Shown: positions 24,784 through 34,128 of the stretch, piece by piece
Layout of the letters: each line of letters begins with the position of its first letter
Position numbering within the stretch: position 1 is the first letter of the stretch
Source of the DNA: Candidatus Doudnabacteria bacterium RIFCSPHIGHO2_01_48_18
GTDB taxonomy: Bacteria > Patescibacteriota > Doudnabacteria > UBA920 > 2-01-FULL-46-14
Length of the DNA: 64,000 bases
Reading direction: 5' to 3'
Assembly (NCBI GenBank): GCA_001777515.1
Contig: MFEF01000002.1
Coordinates: 5,354 to 69,353, forward strand
The notes under the pieces: model-generated
Databases searched by the model: none
Told to the model about the DNA's origin: nothing
What the model saw: the letters and a program-made list of their open reading frames with translations, nothing else
Translations under genes and position numbers: made by a program

Positions 24784-26354
24784 CATTTGATTTACTTATA
24801 AAAAACGGAACCGTGCTCGATGGCGCAAGCAACCAGGCTTACAAGGCTGACATTGGCATCAATGGAAATTTGATCCGCGTTGTTGGCAATCTTCGGGGAG
24901 CTAGCGCCGGACAGATTATCGACGCGTCGGGTCTGTTTGTCGCGCCTGGATTTATAGATATTCAGAATCACTCTGATTCGTACCTGACCTTGCTTGAGAT
25001 CCCGTCCATGGAAAGTCTGGTTACGCAAGGCATAACAACGATTCTGGTAGGCCATTGCGGCACCTCCCTTGCGCCGCTTTCTACCCCGGAAGCCCTGAAA
25101 TCGATTCAAAAATGGCGGAGCCTTGCCGGAGCAAATGTTAACTGGCAGACTTTCGAGGAATATCTTGGAACCTTGAAGAATTATCCTCTGGGTGTAAACG
25201 TGACAAGCCTCGTGGGGCATGCCACAGTACGGCGCGGTTTGCTTTCTGATCAAATCAGGGCCGCGACGCCGGAAGAAATATTAATAATCGAAAAACAGAT
25301 TGCGGATAGCTTTGAAGCCGGCGCGAAAGGTGTTTCTCTGGGCCTAGTTTACGCACATGAGGCCAATTCGTCGGAAGAGGAACTGCTGTCAGTGGCCAAA
25401 ATGGTCGCGTCCAACGAAAAAATGCTCAGCGTTCATTTGCGGTCTGAAGGCGGCCATGTGGTGGAAGCGCTGGAAGAAGTCATAGGTCTCGCGGAGAAAT
25501 CCGGGTGCGATCTCAAAATTTCTCATTTCAAAATCCGGGGGAGTCAAAACTACGGTTACTTGGACGAGGCACTGTCAGTGATTGACCGGGCTTACCAACG
25601 CGGTGTCAGCGTTTTTTTTGATGTTTATCCCTACACCACCTCCTGGACAGTGCTTTATACATATCTGCCGAAATGGGCTTATGAAGGCGGCAAAAAATCG
25701 ATACTGCAAAACATCAAGGAACCGTCATCAAGAAAAAAGATCATAGACCATCTTTCAAGACAGGAAACAAACTTGGGTAGCGTTTTTATAGCTACTTCCG
25801 AAACCAATCCAGGACTGACCGGCCGAACCCTCTCGCAAATTGCCGCAAATCAAGAGGTTACGGCTCAAGAAGCGCTTCTTAATGTTCTTGAAGCGACAGC
25901 AACGCACGCGATCGTTTTTGACCGAAATCTTTCAGAAAGCGTTATGCTCGCGCTTCTCAAGCATCCGCTTGGCGTGATTGGCACGGACGGCGCTGGTTAT
26001 GATTTTTCATTTTCCCCAACTCACGGACTAGTGCACCCCAGATGTTTTGGAACCATGCCGAGATTTTTGTCACTGATCAGGGAAAAAAATCTCATGTCGT
26101 GGCCGGAGGCCATCAAAAAAATTACTTCCAGGCCAGCGGAAAAAATGAAACTAAAAAACCGAGGCAGGCTTGCCGCGGGCCTAGTAGCTGACGTGGTTGT
26201 TTTTGATCCCCATACGGTGGGCAGTCGAGCAACCTATGAAAATCCTTATCAGCAGGCGGACGGAATAAGCTATGTTGTTATAAATGGCAAGATAAGTTTT
26301 GCTGTTAGAGAGCCAGCCCAGAGGGTTACAGCAGGCCAGCTTTTGCTCAATTGA
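24780..26354 (+). CDS. N-acyl-D-amino-acid deacylase (D-aminoacylase) family amidohydrolase
   Basis: MTFDLLIKNGTVLDG ... LFVAPGFIDIQNHSD (metal-binding H-x-H region of the amidohydrolase fold). ATG 24780 overlaps the mraY stop (ATGA). Confidence 0.7.
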   Translation: MTFDLLIKNGTVLDGASNQAYKADIGINGNLIRVVGNLRGASAGQIIDASGLFVAPGFIDIQNHSDSYLTLLEIPSMESLVTQGITTILVGHCGTSLAPLSTPEALKSIQKWRSLAGANVNWQTFEEYLGTLKNYPLGVNVTSLVGHATVRRGLLSDQIRAATPEEILIIEKQIADSFEAGAKGVSLGLVYAHEANSSEEELLSVAKMVASNEKMLSVHLRSEGGHVVEALEEVIGLAEKSGCDLKISHFKIRGSQNYGYLDEALSVIDRAYQRGVSVFFDVYPYTTSWTVLYTYLPKWAYEGGKKSILQNIKEPSSRKKIIDHLSRQETNLGSVFIATSETNPGLTGRTLSQIAANQEVTAQEALLNVLEATATHAIVFDRNLSESVMLALLKHPLGVIGTDGAGYDFSFSPTHGLVHPRCFGTMPRFLSLIREKNLMSWPEAIKKITSRPAEKMKLKNRGRLAAGLVADVVVFDPHTVGSRATYENPYQQADGISYVVINGKISFAVREPAQRVTAGQLLLN

Positions 26355-26372
26355 TTTTGTGCTAATTTGCCA

Positions 26373-26404
26373 AAAACAGTCCCGGCAATTCGGGACTGTT
26401 TGTT
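26373..26404 (+). terminator. rho-independent terminator after the D-aminoacylase gene
   Basis: AACAGTCCCG (26375-26384) gcaatt CGGGACTGTT (26391-26400) followed by TGTT. Confidence 0.6.
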
Positions 26405-26449
26405 ATACTGTCAGATGCGTTGAATATCTGATCCAGGCACACTTTATCT

Positions 26450-26704
26450 ATGAATGAAGTGCTGCAATCCGAAGTGTTCTTTTTCATAACCTCTATTGCC
26501 GTCATAGTGCTGACGGGTCTTGCGGTGGGAGTTTTGGTGTACTTTATTTCCGTTGTCAAGGATCTGAAGCATGTTGCCAGAGTAGCGCGCAGAGAAGCTG
26601 ATCATATCGCTTCTGATTTGGCGGATTTTCGGGCAGAGAATCATTTGCCGAATTTTTTGAAAAAAATTTTCAACCGCAGGCACAAGATTAAAATTAAACA
26701 TTAA
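26450..26704 (+). CDS. hypothetical small membrane protein (84 aa, one TM)
   Basis: The TM segment is FFFITSIAVIVLTGLAVGVLVYFISVV. The protein has a basic C-terminus. It lies between the terminator and the next small ORF. Confidence 0.4.
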   Translation: MNEVLQSEVFFFITSIAVIVLTGLAVGVLVYFISVVKDLKHVARVARREADHIASDLADFRAENHLPNFLKKIFNRRHKIKIKH

Positions 26705-26714
26705 GAAAAACAAC

Positions 26715-26930
26715 GTGACATTGAGTACTAGAGCAAAGGTAGGAATATCTCTTTCCGCGATCGCCGCGGCGATTGGCGGCAGAGACGGAGCGGCGTCGGC
26801 TTATCAGAAGCTGCGCGACAGGGACCGGATCGAAACAGACGATTTGATACGAGACCTTCGCGGATATTGGACGGTATTGAAGGGAAAATATGGTAATAAA
26901 CCCAAAAAGCGGTCCAAATCAAAAAAATAA
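26715..26930 (+). CDS. hypothetical small protein (71 aa) with lysine-rich C-terminus
   Basis: The stop codon TAA (26928-26930) directly abuts copy B of the palindromic element. No family recognised. Confidence 0.35.
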   Translation: MTLSTRAKVGISLSAIAAAIGGRDGAASAYQKLRDRDRIETDDLIRDLRGYWTVLKGKYGNKPKKRSKSKK

Positions 26931-27030
26931 ATCCAGCACCTTCCTGTCGGGGTATTGCACCCCGCAGGAAGGCTATATTGAGCCATTCATCCCCGCAGCA
27001 AGCTGCGGGGTATTCTGGAAGGTGCTGGAT
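26931..27030. repeat. 100-bp nested-palindrome MITE/REP-like element, copy B (inverted relative to copy A)
   Basis: It is the exact reverse complement of 16308..16407. Checked base by base: 100/100. Confidence 0.85.
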
Positions 27031-27188
27031 AAATTTCTGGTAGGAACTTCGGGATGGCAGTACAAAGACTGAATGACGCAAAAGCGGCTGCCAGCAAAAA
27101 CGCTCGTTATCTGAAGCATTTGTTGGCCCGCCCGCCATCGCAAGCTTGAAGCTTGGCTCGGTGGCTCGCGGCGGGTATAATTTGATTT

Positions 27189-28517
27189 ATGACACTAGGC
27201 GATCTAAAAACCGGCAAAGTTGCTGTTTTAGGCATGGGTGTAAATCACGAGGCGCTGGCCAAATATCTGCAAAAACAAGGGGTCAGCTTTCAGGTGATTG
27301 ACGGCTGGAAAACAGATGCAGAGCTCGCAGAGCGTTTGTCGGGCTTTGATATTATTTTTCGGACGCCAGGTGTGCCTTTTTTTTCGAAATCAATACAAAC
27401 CCTGAAGCGGAGGGGGGCGAAGATCTACAGTCAGACCAAGCTTTTTTTTGATTTGTGCCAGGCGCCGATTATCGGTGTCACCGGAACAAAAGGCAAAGGC
27501 ACAACTTCGACCTTAATTTTTAAGATTCTGGAGGCGGCCGCCCTTCGACAAGCTCATGGCCGCAAGGTGTACCTTGCGGGAAATATCGGACGAGATCCAT
27601 TCGAGTTTATTGATAAGCTGACTCCAAACGATTTTGTCATTCTTGAACTCTCCAGCTTTCAACTCCAAGATCTCCATAAAAGTCCCCACATTGCTGTTGT
27701 ATTGAAAATAACTCCGGAACATCTCGATCACCATCAAGACCTCGCTGAATATATTGAAGCAAAAACCTCGATCGTTAGATTCCAATCCGCGTCAGATTTC
27801 GCGGTATTGAGCTATGATTCAGAAAGCACTCGGACATTCGCCGGTAAAACAAAGGCGCGGATTGTTTGGAATTCGATCAAGCAAGAAGTAAAACCCGGAT
27901 GCTACGCTACAGATCGGAAAATTTTTTTGAACGGTGAAATTGTGGCGAAAACAGCAGAAGTCGCCCTGCTGGGAAGGTTTAACCTAGAAAACGTCACCGC
28001 GGCGATAGCGGCTGCCGCAGCCGCAGGTGTGACTGATGGTACAACAATCAAGAAAGCGATTTCCGAGTTCCGGGGATTGCCACATCGTTTAGAATTTATT
28101 GCTGAAATTGGGAAGGTAAAATTTTACAATGATTCTTTTGCCACCACACCCGAAACCACGGTTGCCGCGTTGACAGCTTTTGCAGATCCTATAGTTTTGA
28201 TCGCTGGCGGATCAGAAAAAAAATCTGACTATGCAGAGCTTGGCAAGAAAATCGCGGAATCAAAGGTCAAGACTCTTATCGCCATCGGCGTGACCGGGCC
28301 GAAGATCGCAAAGCTTGCCAGAGACGCGGGTTTTGCCGGAAAAATATTTGATACTGGACTCAATGACATGGAACAGATAATTGCCAAGGCCAACGAAGCC
28401 GCAGATCCCGGAGATGTGGTTTTGCTTTCACCAGCCTCGGCAAGCTTTGACATGTTTGACAATTATAAACAGCGGGGCGAGCTTTTTAGTAAATTCGTAT
28501 CAAAACTTGCGAAATAA
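27189..28517 (+). CDS. murD: UDP-N-acetylmuramoylalanine--D-glutamate ligase
   Basis: N-terminal Rossmann KVAVLGMGVNHEALAKYL and Mur ligase P-loop GVTGTKGKGTTSTLI. It is followed by a SEDS gene as in dcw clusters. TATAAT lies 7 nt before the ATG. Confidence 0.7.
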   Translation: MTLGDLKTGKVAVLGMGVNHEALAKYLQKQGVSFQVIDGWKTDAELAERLSGFDIIFRTPGVPFFSKSIQTLKRRGAKIYSQTKLFFDLCQAPIIGVTGTKGKGTTSTLIFKILEAAALRQAHGRKVYLAGNIGRDPFEFIDKLTPNDFVILELSSFQLQDLHKSPHIAVVLKITPEHLDHHQDLAEYIEAKTSIVRFQSASDFAVLSYDSESTRTFAGKTKARIVWNSIKQEVKPGCYATDRKIFLNGEIVAKTAEVALLGRFNLENVTAAIAAAAAAGVTDGTTIKKAISEFRGLPHRLEFIAEIGKVKFYNDSFATTPETTVAALTAFADPIVLIAGGSEKKSDYAELGKKIAESKVKTLIAIGVTGPKIAKLARDAGFAGKIFDTGLNDMEQIIAKANEAADPGDVVLLSPASASFDMFDNYKQRGELFSKFVSKLAK

Positions 28518-29619
28518 AATTACAGACAAATACTGGAAAAAACCGGATCAAACTTTGCTTGGTGTAGTGTTATTGCTGCTTCTGATTGGCCTAGCGGCCG
28601 TGTCCTCGGCTTCCAGCGTGCTGTCTTTTCAGCGGTTTGGCCACAATAACTATTATTTTTTCCGACAAATCGGGTTCGTAACAGTGGGGCTGCTGGCGCT
28701 CTTTATTTTTAGCAGGATTGATTATCATTTTTGGAAAAAGAAAGCCCGTCTGCTCCTCATCGGATCAGTCCTTGTCCTTGGATTGGTTTTGGTCCCTGGC
28801 CTTGGGTTTAAAAGCGGGGGAACGACAGCGTGGTTTTCAATCGGGGCTTTTTTGCTGCAACCGTCGGAATTTGTGAAACTGTCTCTTGTATTTTATCTTG
28901 CTTACTGGTTTGATCGTAAGGTGGGAGCGGAAAGCAATTTTTGGTTTGGAATATTGCCTCCATTGTCTGTAGCCGCCGGCCTTGTGGGATTGCTGCTTCT
29001 GCAGCCAGACCTGGGTACAGCAATTGTTTACGCAATCATCACATTCGTGATTTTATTTGTTGCCGGAACAAAATACAAATATTTGTTCGGGCTCGCGGCA
29101 GCCGCGGGTGTTGCTTTGTGGTTTGTTGTGCAGACCGCACCATACCGTATAGCCCGCATAACGGCTTTTTTGAACCCCAAACTTGATCCCCAGGGCATCG
29201 GGTACCACATTACTCAGGCTTTGATTGCGATTGGTTCAGGAGGGCTATGGGGATATGGCTTTGGCGCGTCAAGGCAAAAACACAACTATTTGCCGGAATC
29301 GATCGGCGACTCCATATTTGCTGTTATGGCAGAAGAACTGGGTTTTGTACGGATCCTTGTTATTGTTCTGCTGTTTACGGCGTTTGCAATATTGGGACTG
29401 CGGATTGCGAAGCTTGCCCCAGACCGGTTCGGACAGCTTGCTGCCGTGGGAATAACCGGCTGGATAGTTTTTCAGGCAATGGTTAATATGGGCGCGATTT
29501 CCAACCTTTTGCCTCTAACCGGCATCACTTTGCCATTTATCAGCTACGGCGGTTCATCGCTGCTGGCATTGTCTGTGGCAACTGGGGTTTTGCTGAATAT
29601 TTCGAGACAACGGGCATAA
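28507..29619 (+). CDS. ftsW: SEDS-family peptidoglycan glycosyltransferase (FtsW/RodA)
   Basis: About 10 TM segments with SEDS family character (LLGVVLLLLLIGLAAVSSAS ... GITLPFISYGGSSLL). The start is uncertain: the ORF is open from 28381 inside murD, and TTG 28507 near the murD stop was chosen. Confidence 0.65.
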   Translation: MRNKITDKYWKKPDQTLLGVVLLLLLIGLAAVSSASSVLSFQRFGHNNYYFFRQIGFVTVGLLALFIFSRIDYHFWKKKARLLLIGSVLVLGLVLVPGLGFKSGGTTAWFSIGAFLLQPSEFVKLSLVFYLAYWFDRKVGAESNFWFGILPPLSVAAGLVGLLLLQPDLGTAIVYAIITFVILFVAGTKYKYLFGLAAAAGVALWFVVQTAPYRIARITAFLNPKLDPQGIGYHITQALIAIGSGGLWGYGFGASRQKHNYLPESIGDSIFAVMAEELGFVRILVIVLLFTAFAILGLRIAKLAPDRFGQLAAVGITGWIVFQAMVNMGAISNLLPLTGITLPFISYGGSSLLALSVATGVLLNISRQRA

Positions 29620-29638
29620 ATGGTATAATTTATAAACT

Positions 29639-31606
29639 GTGAAAACCGTCCAAAAAAAGCTCCAAGAGCTAAAAATTCAGATTCTAGAGCGGGAAAATCG
29701 GCAGCAGCCAATGCTGACAAATTCGCGTCTGTTTTTTTCGCGGTTCGGGTTTGGGTATCCTTTAACGCGACTTAAGAATTTGGCAATTTTCATTGTTGGC
29801 AGCGCGTTATGTATCGGAGCTTTCGCAGGGATATCAGAGATTTCTTCTGGAATACATTTTTCAAAAAAAGTTTTAGGCGAAGCAACAATCGGTCTTGAGT
29901 TTCTAGAAGAGCAAAATATAGCCGCAGCGCGCGAGCAGTTTTTTCGCGCTAGGCAAAGCATTGAAAGTTCCGGCGAAATCTTGGTCAAAGCTGCCCAAGT
30001 TTCACCTCTTGGTCAGGAAATGGATGAGCTGTTTGCGGCCTCCACATACATTTTAAATGCGCTTGAGAGACTGAAGCAGGCAAATTTCACCGACAGTTTG
30101 AGCCTCAAATGGGATATCGGAGCCAACTCTTCTTCTCAGGATTTTTACGTCAATCTTAAACAGGCACGCCAAGTCTGGATGACAGCCAGTGATGAAATCC
30201 GCGCGGCCGATGAAATCCTTGCCTCAATCCCGGCAGATGTCCTCCCCAGCGATATTCGGAAAAAAGCAAAAGACGGAAGACAGCTTTTGTCAGATGGCTT
30301 GATCGGCCTTGATCAGGCGATTAGTTTTAGTGATTTTGTTCTAACCCTCCTTGGTGGAGAAAAGAAAACTTATCTTTTAGTTTTTCAAAATAACAACGAG
30401 GCGCGCGCCACTGGCGGTTTCATCGGCACCTACGGATTGCTCGAACTAGGCAATGGAACCTTGAAGATAAATAAAATCGAATCTATTTACGCCTTGGACG
30501 GTCAGCTCAAGGAAGCCATTGCCGCGCCAGGACCCATGCAGCGGCTGGTCACTCCTTTTTGGGGTATGCGCGATAGCAACTGGTTTGCGGATTTTCCCAC
30601 CTCAAGCCGCAAAATGCTGCAGTTCTTGGAAAAGGAAAGCGGCGTCCTGGCAGAAGGGGTGATTTCTTTTACTCCTGATTTTTTTGAAGAAGTTCTCAAG
30701 CTCACTGGTCCTGTGGCCATGCCCGAATATGGGGAGGTTTTGACTGCGGATAATTTTCGCGACGTGGTCCAGTACAAAACTTCGATTGATTATGATCGGC
30801 AGCTCAACGAGCCCAAAAAGTTTTTGTCTGATTTCACACCCAAGCTTCTATCGAAGCTCCAGAATTTCAACGAAGAACAGCGCGTACAGTTTGCGCAGAT
30901 TTTTCGGAAGGCGGTAGCGGAAAAGCATTTTATGTTGTTCTCGCTTGACCCGAAGCTGCAGGAACGGATTTTAGATTTTAATGCCGCTGGAAACGTAAAA
31001 AAAACCGGAGGAGATTATCTTTCGATTGTTCATAGCAACGTCGGCGGCGGCAAAACTGACCAGGGGATAGCGCAAAGCGTGGACAAGACCGTCGAAATCG
31101 ATGCTTTGGGAAGACAAACTGTTACGCTCCGGATAACGCGCAGTCACGAAGCCATGAATGAAAAATATTTCCCGACCAATGTTGATTTTATGAGAGTGTT
31201 CGTACCGGAAGGATCGAAAATCATCAGTGTTTCCGGTTTTGACCATGCCCCCATGCCCGCGTCCTCTAGGGCTGGAGCCGCTACTGACACAGATTTAAAT
31301 TTTTGGGACATTGGCATCAGGCAGGACATGAATACCAAGATTTATGTTGGCCGCGAGTCAGGTTATACGGTTTTTATGGATTGGCTGATTCTGGAGCAAG
31401 GACAGACAAAAACCGTTGAGCTGAAATACCAGCTTCCAATCCTAAACCGGCGGTACTCGCAGCTTTTGCAGAAACAGCCTGGCGCGAGAGAATTTCAATT
31501 TACCTTGAAAGTACGAGGGATAGAAAACCCTGTGTTTGTTTATCCTGAGGAATGGAAAACTGAAACAGTCGACGAGGACCGGCTCTACGCGGTAATCGGA
31601 GAGTAA
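29639..31606 (+). CDS. large membrane-anchored extracytoplasmic protein, possibly DUF4012-like
   Basis: GTG start. N-terminal TM LAIFIVGSALCIGAFAGI followed by an extracytoplasmic domain of about 600 aa (NNNEARATGGFIGTYGLLELGNG ... WGMRDSNWFADFP). It lies between ftsW and murJ. The family assignment is from memory and is weak. Confidence 0.4.
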   Translation: MKTVQKKLQELKIQILERENRQQPMLTNSRLFFSRFGFGYPLTRLKNLAIFIVGSALCIGAFAGISEISSGIHFSKKVLGEATIGLEFLEEQNIAAAREQFFRARQSIESSGEILVKAAQVSPLGQEMDELFAASTYILNALERLKQANFTDSLSLKWDIGANSSSQDFYVNLKQARQVWMTASDEIRAADEILASIPADVLPSDIRKKAKDGRQLLSDGLIGLDQAISFSDFVLTLLGGEKKTYLLVFQNNNEARATGGFIGTYGLLELGNGTLKINKIESIYALDGQLKEAIAAPGPMQRLVTPFWGMRDSNWFADFPTSSRKMLQFLEKESGVLAEGVISFTPDFFEEVLKLTGPVAMPEYGEVLTADNFRDVVQYKTSIDYDRQLNEPKKFLSDFTPKLLSKLQNFNEEQRVQFAQIFRKAVAEKHFMLFSLDPKLQERILDFNAAGNVKKTGGDYLSIVHSNVGGGKTDQGIAQSVDKTVEIDALGRQTVTLRITRSHEAMNEKYFPTNVDFMRVFVPEGSKIISVSGFDHAPMPASSRAGAATDTDLNFWDIGIRQDMNTKIYVGRESGYTVFMDWLILEQGQTKTVELKYQLPILNRRYSQLLQKQPGAREFQFTLKVRGIENPVFVYPEEWKTETVDEDRLYAVIGE

Positions 31607-31607
31607 A

Positions 31608-33206
31608 ATGTCTTCGATATTGCGTTCAACAATTTTTATTGCCATTTTTACCATTCTCACCAAGATTCTGGGATTGGCAAAGTTTATCGTGCTTTCAAAC
31701 CGATTCGGCGCGGGGCGCGAGACTGATATATTCTTTGCGGCATTTCGTGTGCCGGATTTTATTTTCAATCTCCTGATCGCCGGAACCCTGTCCGTCGCGT
31801 TCATTCCAGTATTTGTGTCCTATCTCGGGCGGGATCGGCGGCAAGCATTTGTTTTAGCTTCTACCGTATTCAACCTGACACTGCTTGTTATGAGCAGTTT
31901 TGCTTTGCTGGGCTTCGTCTTTGCGCCAGTGCTCGTCGGGCTTATTGCTCCCGGGTTTGACGCGGATGCGCGCGCAGAAACAATTACGATTACTCGCATT
32001 CTCATGCTTTCTCCCTTGATTTTTAGTCTATCCAGCATCCTCACCAGTATTTTGCATTCATTCAAACGTTTCTATATCGCCGCTGTTTCGCCGATTTTTT
32101 ATAACCTGGCCATCATTCTCGGAATCATATACCTTTACCCGCGACACGGATTCATTGGAGTAGTTTGGGGAGTCATCGCTGGTGCCATGCTGCATTTTTT
32201 GATTCAGCTGCCGGCCAGCATTCGTCTTGGTCTGGTTCCGCTGCGCCATTTGGATCTGGGACACGCAGGCGTTAAAAAAATCGGCAAATTATTTTTGCCG
32301 CGGATTTTAGGAATTGATTTGGGTCAAATAAGTCTCCTCGTCGCCTCCATCATCGGTAGCACCATGGCTGTCGGTAGCATCGCGCAATTTACTTACGCCT
32401 ATGACCTGGAGACACTTCCCTTGGGCGTGTTTGCCATAGCGTTTGCCGTAACAGCGTTTCCGGTTCTGTCCGAATATGCAAGCAAGAATGACATCAGCGG
32501 TTTTCGAACATTTTTGTCAAAGACTATGGTCCAACTGCTTTTTTTGATTATTCCTCTGTCAGTGTCTATGCTGATTTTAAGGGCGCAAATTGTGCGGCTT
32601 ATCTTCGGTGCGCTTCAGGGAACAAAATTTACTTTTGAAGACACGAGAATTACGGCTTATACTCTCGGATTTTTTGCGATCTCATTGTTTGCGCAGGCCC
32701 TTATCCCGCTGCTGGCTCGCAGTTTTTACGCACTCCAAAACACCATCATTCCTGTCGCGGCTGGAGCGCTGGCAGCTGTATTCAACATCATCCTGGCCTT
32801 TATTTTTACTCGTCGGTTCGGAGTTCCTTCTATGGCCTTGGCATTTTCCATTGCCGCCATTCTTGATATGATCGTGCTGTTTCTGATCCTTCGCCGCCGG
32901 CTCGGCAACGATTTAAATGATGATTTTCTATTTTTACGCGTCTTAAAAATTTGTATCGCGTCAGTGGTAATGGGTACTATTTCTTATGGCGCGCTATACG
33001 CGATCGCGCCTCTTGTGAATATGCAGACCTATCTCGGGATCCTTTTGCAGGCCGCAGGTTCGCTTTTGCTCGGGGGTGTCGCCTATCTTTTTGCCGGGCT
33101 AGTGATCCGGCTTCCTGAGGCTGGCGAGTTTGTGGGCGTGCTCAAGACATGGTTTGCCAAATTTTCCAAGCCAGTGGTCTCCGCTGTGGAAAATTTGTTC
33201 CAGTAA
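31608..33206 (+). CDS. murJ: lipid II flippase MurJ
   Basis: MSSILRSTIFIAIFTILTKILGLAKFIVLSNRFGAGRETDIFFAAFRVPDFIFNLL is the MurJ/MviN N-terminal signature. 14 TM segments. Confidence 0.8.
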   Translation: MSSILRSTIFIAIFTILTKILGLAKFIVLSNRFGAGRETDIFFAAFRVPDFIFNLLIAGTLSVAFIPVFVSYLGRDRRQAFVLASTVFNLTLLVMSSFALLGFVFAPVLVGLIAPGFDADARAETITITRILMLSPLIFSLSSILTSILHSFKRFYIAAVSPIFYNLAIILGIIYLYPRHGFIGVVWGVIAGAMLHFLIQLPASIRLGLVPLRHLDLGHAGVKKIGKLFLPRILGIDLGQISLLVASIIGSTMAVGSIAQFTYAYDLETLPLGVFAIAFAVTAFPVLSEYASKNDISGFRTFLSKTMVQLLFLIIPLSVSMLILRAQIVRLIFGALQGTKFTFEDTRITAYTLGFFAISLFAQALIPLLARSFYALQNTIIPVAAGALAAVFNIILAFIFTRRFGVPSMALAFSIAAILDMIVLFLILRRRLGNDLNDDFLFLRVLKICIASVVMGTISYGALYAIAPLVNMQTYLGILLQAAGSLLLGGVAYLFAGLVIRLPEAGEFVGVLKTWFAKFSKPVVSAVENLFQ

Positions 33207-33251
33207 AGGGGATTGACACAAAGCGCTGCTGTGAGTAAAATCTAATTTATT

Positions 33252-33713
33252 ATGTCAAAGAAACATCTTTTAACTGCAGAGGGTTTAGAGAAATTAAAGA
33301 AAGAGTTGGAGCTTCTTACGGGTCAGCGACGCAAAGAGGTGATTGAGCGCATCCAGGAAGCAGTCGCGCACGGCGATCTTTCCGAAAACGCTGACTATGC
33401 GCAAGCCAAAGAAGAGCAATCATTCATCGAAGGACGTATTCAGGAGCTTGAGGAGATTCTCAAAAACGCGGAGATCATAAAATCTAATGGTCACAGCAAT
33501 ATTGTGGCAGTCGGATCTACAGTAAAGGTCAATGTTAATGGCGGTGAGAGAACTTATACGATCGTCGGCTCCAACGAAGCCAATCCTGCTGCCGGTAGAA
33601 TCTCCAATGAATCTGTGGTAGGCCAGAAGCTGCTTGGTTTGAAAAAAGGGGATAAGGTGGAGATCGAAACTCCAGGCGGAAAATCAGTTTACGAAGTTTT
33701 GGAAATTTCGTAA
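33252..33713 (+). CDS. greA: transcription elongation factor GreA
   Basis: LTAEGLEKLKKELELL ... DLSENADYAQAKEEQSFIEGRIQELEEIL is the GreA coiled-coil plus FKBP-like C-terminus. Confidence 0.9.
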   Translation: MSKKHLLTAEGLEKLKKELELLTGQRRKEVIERIQEAVAHGDLSENADYAQAKEEQSFIEGRIQELEEILKNAEIIKSNGHSNIVAVGSTVKVNVNGGERTYTIVGSNEANPAAGRISNESVVGQKLLGLKKGDKVEIETPGGKSVYEVLEIS

Positions 33714-33730
33714 ATCACTTGAAATACATC

Positions 33731-33766
33731 GAGCCAACAGCTGAAAGCTGTTGGCTCTTGGTTTTT
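33731..33766. terminator. bidirectional rho-independent terminator (greA on +, small gene on -)
   Basis: GAGCCAACAGCT (33731-33742) gaa AGCTGTTGGCTC (33746-33757) followed by TTGGTTTTT. An A-containing tract lies upstream for the minus strand. Confidence 0.65.
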
Positions 33767-33787
33767 GGGTAGGTTCCCCGGACTCTT

Positions 33788-34036
33788 TTATTCCTGCTTG
33801 ACGCTCGCAGGCGGTACGCCCGTGGTCCAGTCTTCGACGAGCCCCAATTCTTTCATGCGGATGATGCAGGGTGCAATACCTGCAGGCGGGAGTCCGGCGT
33901 CGAGGGCCGTACGGAGATTCGCTGCGACCTGTTCGAGAGCATCTTCAGCAGCAGATTTTCTCGTGTCAGGAGTCAATCTCTCAAATTCATCCAAAATACG
34001 TCCAACTTCTCTTAGAGCCAGTTCAGTGATGTTCAC
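33788..34036 (-). CDS. hypothetical small protein (82 aa), GC-rich, convergent with greA
   Basis: GTG start with a strong SD AAGGAGGA 5 nt upstream on the minus strand (+ strand reads TCCTCCTT at 34041-34048). Local GC is clearly higher than the flanks. No family recognised. Confidence 0.5.
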   Translation of the reverse strand: MNITELALREVGRILDEFERLTPDTRKSAAEDALEQVAANLRTALDAGLPPAGIAPCIIRMKELGLVEDWTTGVPPASVKQE

Positions 34037-34128
34037 AGTTCCTCCTTACTTAGTACTCTTAATGCTTCTCAAATAACAGCGCAATTTATTGTTTATTGGT
34101 GGTTTATGGTATAATTTGAATTACATTT

